DNA of 50,810 nt from Bdellovibrionales bacterium (GTDB lineage Bacteria > Bdellovibrionota > FAC87 > UBA2466 > JACKAF01). Position numbers and translations under genes: made by a program. Below the pieces are notes generated by a model. It had not been told where the DNA came from, did no database searches, and was given only the letters and a program-made list of their open reading frames with translations. The stretch spans positions 1 to 50,810 of the forward strand of contig JAGQZV010000001.1 in assembly GCA_020435295.1 (NCBI GenBank). Reading direction: 5' to 3'. Every line of letters begins with the position of its first letter. Within the stretch, counting starts at the first letter, position 1. This document shows positions 50,353 to 50,810 of the stretch, piece by piece.

Positions 50353-50810
50353 CTACACCGCAGTGGTTAAATGCCTGATATTACTTGAGGAATCCGTGTG
50401 TTTGGCATGGACTGCTTGCTGGTGCCAGTGGAGCAGGCCGATGCCTGCCTCAGATTCCGGAACCATTCGCGCTTGGCTTAGATTGGAAAACTCTCGCACC
50501 CACGCGGCGATGGTTGCTTGCTCATCTGGGCGATTGGCATCATCCAGTATGATGAGTGCGGAGGGAGAAAGTTTTTCTCCGAGAATCGGAAGGGCCGGAA
50601 AGCGGCTTAGTGCTTGAAGGTGTCCTGGAGGGCCATCGATAAACAACAGATCGATGGACTCCTTAATGGAATTAGGATCGATGTCGTACCACTTCCATAA
50701 TTTTCCGGACAGTTCGACGTCCGTTAGTGGTGCGTAGCGAAGTTCCACATTGTCTAGAGCAAAGCGCTGAATGCGTTCCCGCGTGACTTCGGCAAATTCG
50801 GGATCGTGTT
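50353..50810 (-). CDS. class I SAM-dependent methyltransferase-like protein (Methyltransf_24-like), 5' part outside the window
   Basis: The frame stays open to the window end (…HDPEFAEVTRERIQRFALDNVELRY…). DLLFIDGPPG ... LSPSALIILDDANRPDE is typical of this family. The GTG at 50748 in the ORF track is probably internal. Confidence 0.65.
   Translation of the reverse strand, partial: HDPEFAEVTRERIQRFALDNVELRYAPLTDVELSGKLWKWYDIDPNSIKESIDLLFIDGPPGHLQALSRFPALPILGEKLSPSALIILDDANRPDEQATIAAWVREFSNLSQARMVPESEAGIGLLHWHQQAVHAKHTDSSSNIRHLTTAV

Overview
This is a 50.8-kb chromosomal window from a moderately GC-rich Gram-negative bacterium. The gene content includes a type IV pilin next to a sigma-54 enhancer-binding response regulator, an HTTM protein, M64 and TPPII-like secreted proteases, several lysine-rich H1-like proteins and Ku. 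That mix is reminiscent of Bdellovibrionota/Myxococcota-like lineages, but the taxon cannot be established from sequence alone. Most of the window is densely packed housekeeping and envelope genes. In order: a 5'-truncated MsbA-like ABC exporter; ribF-glmU-glmS; a pilin and an NtrC-family regulator; an HTTM membrane protein; a complete oppABCDF operon; a chalcone-isomerase-like protein and an M64 peptidase; a metallophosphoesterase; tRNA-Ala(GGC); a GGDEF cyclase; a large S8 protease; an unusual SppA; cinA; mtnA; an ECF sigma/anti-sigma pair; and nadE. These are followed by one tight 12-gene co-directional array that joins heme A/copper assembly genes (cupredoxin, ctaA, ctaB, ABC-2 exporter, SCO1) to a carotenoid operon (crtY-crtE-crtI-crtB plus an unknown His-rich membrane protein). 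The most unusual part is the 3' end of the window on the minus strand. There Ku is translationally coupled to an SRAP-like protein that lacks the catalytic Cys2/His and carries a coiled-coil insert. That gene is in turn coupled to a nucleotide-cyclase-fold (DUF3095-like) protein, and no LigD is in sight. Three good sigma-54 promoter matches were found by eye, upstream of the regulator itself, the opp operon and a lipoprotein gene. A 96-bp near-perfect palindromic element lies upstream of the regulator. I saw no CRISPR array, rRNA, transposase, integrase or prophage genes. All functional calls rest on motif recognition in the supplied translations; no database search was run.
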